A DNA stretch of 64,000 nt, taken from the human T2T-CHM13v2.0 reference genome, Homo sapiens. The stretch is from NCBI RefSeq assembly GCF_009914755.1, contig NC_060932.1; one strand, 5' to 3'. The position numbers were made by a program, and so were the translations under genes. Positions within the stretch are counted from its first letter, which is position 1. The number at the start of each line of letters is the position of its first letter. Positions 58,897-64,000 of the stretch are shown here, one piece after another. The notes beneath the pieces were generated by a model. It did no database searches and was not told the DNA's origin. It saw nothing but the letters and a program-made list of their open reading frames with translations.

Positions 58897-60140
58897 TTTA
58901 TAAAGATGGCATAAATACAGAAAAATGATGTTGGGGTACATGGTCTTATTTTATTTTTTGGGTCTATACTCTCCAAGGCCATTCTTGATTGAAAGCAGTG
59001 ATAGCTCAACATTTCCCTTTGGACGATTAGAGCTATGTTATCTGGGGTTGGGTTTTGAAAAGCAAGTATGAACAGAAGATGAAAGTACTATTAGGGGTTT
59101 GTGGAGTGAGGGGGATGTACTCTGTGGATTTATAGTTGAAGACTGTAGGGAGTGTTATTGCCCCGTTTGTCTTCACCACTGATGAGATGCGGAGGGAAAT
59201 GCAATCTTCCCATAGCTGAGCTTATGTCAAAAAGAAATAAAAAGTGAGATGTGTCTGAAATCACATAACTCATGAAGAGTAAATAGAGTTGCAAAATATT
59301 CCATATTCTCTGTTTATTTATCTGGCAAGAGCACCTGTAAGATCAGGACTGGCAGTCAAATCACACGGCTGTCATCTCTTCCCATGGAGGGGTTCAGAAC
59401 CACTGATTCTGCCAGGTCTCTGCAATTGCACTGCATGGAACTGGGACTGGTCAGAGGATTTACTATTTACTCAAAGAATCTGCAGTTGTTCTACTGACTA
59501 CATATTCCCCAAAGACCAAGTTCAGGTTCTTTGTTTTATCCTTCAGCTCAAACATCATTTCTTATTGTAATAAGGGATATTTGAGTAATCTATTGAAATA
59601 CTTTTTTTTCTTTCCTAGTGCAGGTATCTTTGTTTTCCTTAGATTTAGGATGACTAAAGTCTTGGTTTTATAAATGAGTTTTGATGTATCTTTTGTCATG
59701 ATGATGTTCATGTTGTGTCTTACTAGGTTCAAGGTCTCATAGGGCTAACGCACAGTTTTAGTTTAGGTAAATCAGGATTTAAATTCAGTCTCCTTGTTTA
59801 GGCAACAAACTCTACCCTCAGAACCTCAGATTTCTTTTTCTGTAAAATAGATATTGATGTCTCTAAAAGCATTTACACAAGGTCTTGCAAATTATAATTT
59901 AAAAAAATATTTTGCATATCCATTTATTCTGATAGTATTTCTGTGTGGTTAGGATGAAGTTCATGTTTTAAAACTGTGTACTGAGGAAGAAAGGGCTAAG
60001 ATGGGAAGATTGGGGGATTAATGATTTGTTGGAAACTGTGGGACTTATCCAATGAAGACAGCTTCTCTTGAGCATGTGTTAATTACTATATGCAGAAATA
60101 TAGGCCCAGTGTTGTTTGATTTATTTAATAAAGAGTTATT

Positions 60141-60440
60141 GGCCAGGCACGGTGGCTCACGCCTGTAATCTCAGCACTTTGGGAGGCTGAGGCAGATGGA
60201 TCACCTGAGGTCAGGAGTTCGAGACCAGCCTGGCCAACCTGTTTCTCCAACATGGCAAAACCCCATCTTTACTGAAAATACAAAAATTAGCTGGGCATGG
60301 TGGCAGATGCTTGTAATTCCAGCTATTCAGGAGGCTGAGACAGGAGAATCGCTTGAGCTCCGGAGTTTGAGGCTGCAATGAATTATATTCTCACCACTCC
60401 CAAGGTGACAGGGCAAGACCCTGTCTCTGAAGAAAACAAA
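60141..60440 (+). mobile_element. Alu
   Basis: GGCCAGGCACGGTGGCTCACGCC...; small internal insertion at ~60239-60251. Confidence 0.92.
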
Positions 60441-62888
60441 TATTTTAAATACTGTATGGCTGGCAAAAAATAAACAAGATGTGTCAATTAATCAAATGTA
60501 CATAGTAGATAATCTGTTTGTGGTTTCTTTAAAATTCAACCTATTTCAATCCACTTATTACTAATTTTCAATGCAAAAATGAAAATTTGCATTTTCAGGG
60601 CTACTTTAACATGCACAACTCATTCTCCATCAAACTTTCACATCTTCCTATTTGCTGTTGGACATTAGATACTGCAGATTCTCCAATGTTAGTTTCTCTC
60701 TAACATTTTGCTAGAACCATTTTGGTATATATTTATCATTTTATATCTGAATGATGGCCTTGTCTCTGCTCTCACCAATATTTAGATTCTCAGTACTAGG
60801 ATTTGGGCAACACTTTGTGGAAGATAGAAATTTGGCTGTATGTTGTGTACTGCCTCTTGGGTTTTGTAATTCTGGAATTATTATAGGTATAATTTGCCTT
60901 GGTTATTTATGCAGTAAATTTTACTGATTATTTTCATTATCACTGACTATCATCTAGTTGGAGCTATTTAGCAAAAGGGGACAAGCAGTGTGCCTCTAGC
61001 TTGCTAGGTTGTAGTTTTCTTTCATTTAGTTGTTACTAAGTGTACTGATGGATCTAATTATCTTGATGCCATCAGTTCCCTGTATGATGGGTCTTATTTA
61101 TTGTTCTAAGACCTTTATGTTATATCAGCAGATTATATCCAAACTCTACTGGCATATTATTGTCTCTGAATCAGCTGGGTAGTTATTCCATGAAAATTTA
61201 CACTATTTTAAAAAAGAAAAGAGCCCATATGGTTTTTTCTAGCTCCGCTAGCTTTAATTGGATCAAAAATGGAAATGTTTATCGTACTCATCTCTGAGAA
61301 TGATTGACGGCACTCATGTTAATACAGGTTATATTCTATTACAACACTTCTCATGCCAAAATAAATTTCTGCATAAGGAAAATTATTTTCAGGCATTGCC
61401 ATACAAATATACTTTCAAGTAACATTTAATTTATTCACTCATTAGGGAAGGAATCAAAGAATATTAGACATTTGAGCAGAGCCTTGAAGGATTAGAGGGC
61501 TGTTAAAATTTGGAATTAAATGGAAGGGACAAAGGATAATGTAGGCTGGGACATTTTAAGAAGCATATTAAATACAACAAAATTTTGTAACATTAAACCA
61601 TGTATCTAAGTCTTTTTTGTTTGTTAAGTTTCAGTATAAGAAAAATGTCCTTAGAGGCGCTATCTGCACAAACTTTGATACTCTACCTCCCAGGCAGAAT
61701 TAATTAGCTCCCCCTTAGGACTTCTATCTCACTAACTTCTTTATAGTACCTAGATTATCTTATAATTGATTACAGGCTTGTCTTCATATTAGCTGATGCA
61801 TTACCTGTGGCTGAAAATCTTAGATCCTACTTCCCAATTCAAGAATATCAGCAAGACTGTAACTTCAAACATACGTTAAATTTTTAGCCTGTGCCAGGCA
61901 CTGTGCCAGACAATTTACATACAACTACATAGTTCTTATTATGTTATTCTACATCATAAAGGGTACTATCACTTTCACCATTTTACAATTGAGGTGAGTA
62001 TTAATGGAGCCAAGACATTTGCGCTTGGTTTAATCAGTGAGTAGCAGAGGTGGGATGCAAGATAAGCGTACATGACTCCAAAGAACACAATTTTATCCAC
62101 CAGGATGCTCTGCCTCCTATTCCCTAATGAAGTGCTTGGTACCTGATAAGCACTCAAGAACTATGTGTTGAATAAAGAAAGGAGTGCATGATAGAGAGTA
62201 CTTCAAGAATATGATAGAAGTATGAAAAAACTTGTATGACATCAATGTGGTTAAAAAAAATCTGTCTGTGCATCAGGGAAGAACCTTTGCAGTGCTGGCA
62301 AAATAAACAAACTCTTGGAATTTTCGAAACGGGATTTGCCCTGCATGTATTTTGAGTAGAAAGTCCTTAGGGCATTCCTGCAAATGTGCATCCGCCCAAA
62401 CTTGAAAGTCGAGTCAGTCTAATCTTTGTAATGATAGTAGGACCCAGACCTGCTAAGAGACATCACATCCAGTTTTCTAAACAATTTCATCAGCATCATC
62501 CCTGAGCCTCATTTAATCTTAAACCGTAGGAAGGAGCCCTTACAACCAGTTACTGGAACACAGCCAAGCCCTCAACCATGCCTGCTGCAACAGGTCCCAT
62601 GACTTTGGACACGTGCTCAGGATGGATGTTGCCAAGATCCGAAAGCACAACTCTAGGGGGTGCTGAAGTGAGGAAGCAATAGGCAGGGTGGGCAGATAAT
62701 GGACAAGCTGGGGCTGGACAAAGGCAAGTAGGAAACAACTAGGAAATCTCAGCAGGACCAGTAGCAGGAGCAGTAGCGGTAGCTGCAGCAGAAGTGGTAG
62801 ACGAATCTGTTGTAGTTTTACTGTCAAGAGAGTTTGGCAGAACTTTCATAACTAGAGGAGGGATTTCAGAGGTGGAGCCAAAGCACTT

Positions 62889-62905
62889 CAGGTCACAGTG
62901 ACCTG
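62889..62905. promoter_or_regulatory. Perfect extended estrogen response element CAGGTCACAGTGACCTG
   Basis: 17-bp palindrome AGGTCA-n3-TGACCT with matching flanking C/G; motif only. Confidence 0.6.
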
Positions 62906-63399
62906 CTCTGTGAAGAAAATTTGAGACTGTTTCTGTACAGCCTAGCAACTAAGAAGTCAGCCCTGCTTGACAACTTGGAAACACACTCACCACACTGACC
63001 TATTATGTTTGGGTGCTCACTGCTGATGCATAAGTGAGTGCATGCAATGCCTTTTGTAATACAACCATTAAGAATGAAAAAATGAATCACTCACTTCCTA
63101 AATTTGCATCTTACCCATTAAAACTAACACAATGATTGACAAAATTTACTTGAATGAGCAACCCAGTCCTTCTCCCTACCTCCTCTTCTAATTAGATATC
63201 TTCTTCCCCATCATATGTTCTCTACTATTGATAGTACCCAGTATGTTGTCAAAACATTGGCTGTTTCATAATAAATCATTACATCCCAAACCAGAATTTA
63301 CCCAGAATACATTATGGTGAAATCACATGACACATTCAACTTATTCAAATGTATATAATGAAACTAAAAATGCATCCATTGTTTCTACACTTTAGCCAC

Positions 63400-63801
63400 A
63401 CAAAAACAATTTGAATTTTAAAAAATGGGCAAAGGACTTGAACATACATGTCTCTACATAAGATATACTAATAAATAAGAACAAGAAAAAATGCCCAGTG
63501 TCACCAATCATTAGGGAAATGCAAATCAAAGCCATATTGAAACATTTCACTCCCATTAAGATGGCAACCATAAAAAACCTCAAACAAATAGAAATTAACA
63601 AGTGTTGACATGAACGTTGAGAAACTACAACTTTTGTGTATTGTTGCTCCCAATGTAAAATGGTGCAACTGCTATGAAAAATTGAATGGCAGTTTTTCAA
63701 AAAATTGGAAATAGAATTACCATATGATCCAACAATTCCACCTCTAGCATACAATCAAAAGAATTTAAAAAAACAGGGATTCAGATATTTGTATACCCAA
63801 G
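63400..63801 (+). mobile_element. L1M (MA/MB) ORF2 3' fragment
   Basis: AAAAATGGGCAAAGGACTTGAAC, ATTAGGGAAATGCAAATCAAA, GAATTACCATATGATCCAACAATTCC. Confidence 0.85.
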
Positions 63802-63967
63802 TGATGTAGTTTGGTTGTGTCCCCACCCAAATCTCATCTTAAATTGTGGTTCCCATAATTCCCGTGTGTTGTAGGAGTGACCTGGGGGTAGATCATCGAA
63901 TCATGGGGGTGGTTTTGCCCATACTGCTCTCATGGTAGTGAATAAGTCTCACAAGACCTGATGGTTG
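63802..63967 (+). mobile_element. THE1-type LTR, 5' part
   Basis: TGATGTAGTTTGGTTGTGTCCCCACCCAAATCTCATCTT...; followed by a T-rich tract at the window edge. Confidence 0.88.
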
Positions 63968-64000
63968 TTTTTTTATTTGTTTGTTTTGTTTTCGTTTTTG

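Overview
AT-rich, repeat-dense primate (very probably human) genomic DNA, intronic or intergenic. I see no convincing cellular protein-coding exon; the ORF track is essentially repeat-derived or random. The window is mostly Alu, L1, L2, MaLR (THE1/MLT), MER58 and microsatellites. The main object is a ~4.5 kb HERV-H element at 10190-14660 that is not a normal provirus. It has the structure of the viral RNA (R-U5-PBS-gag-pro-pol-PPT-U3-R-polyA) and is flanked by a 16-bp target-site duplication, so it looks like an L1-retrotransposed ('processed') HERV-H transcript inserted into an old L1 ORF1. It also appears to lack integrase through an internal deletion. Outside repeats there are two perfect palindromic estrogen response elements (34433 and 62889). 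Repeat subfamily calls come from recalled consensus sequences, and boundaries of old repeats are approximate.
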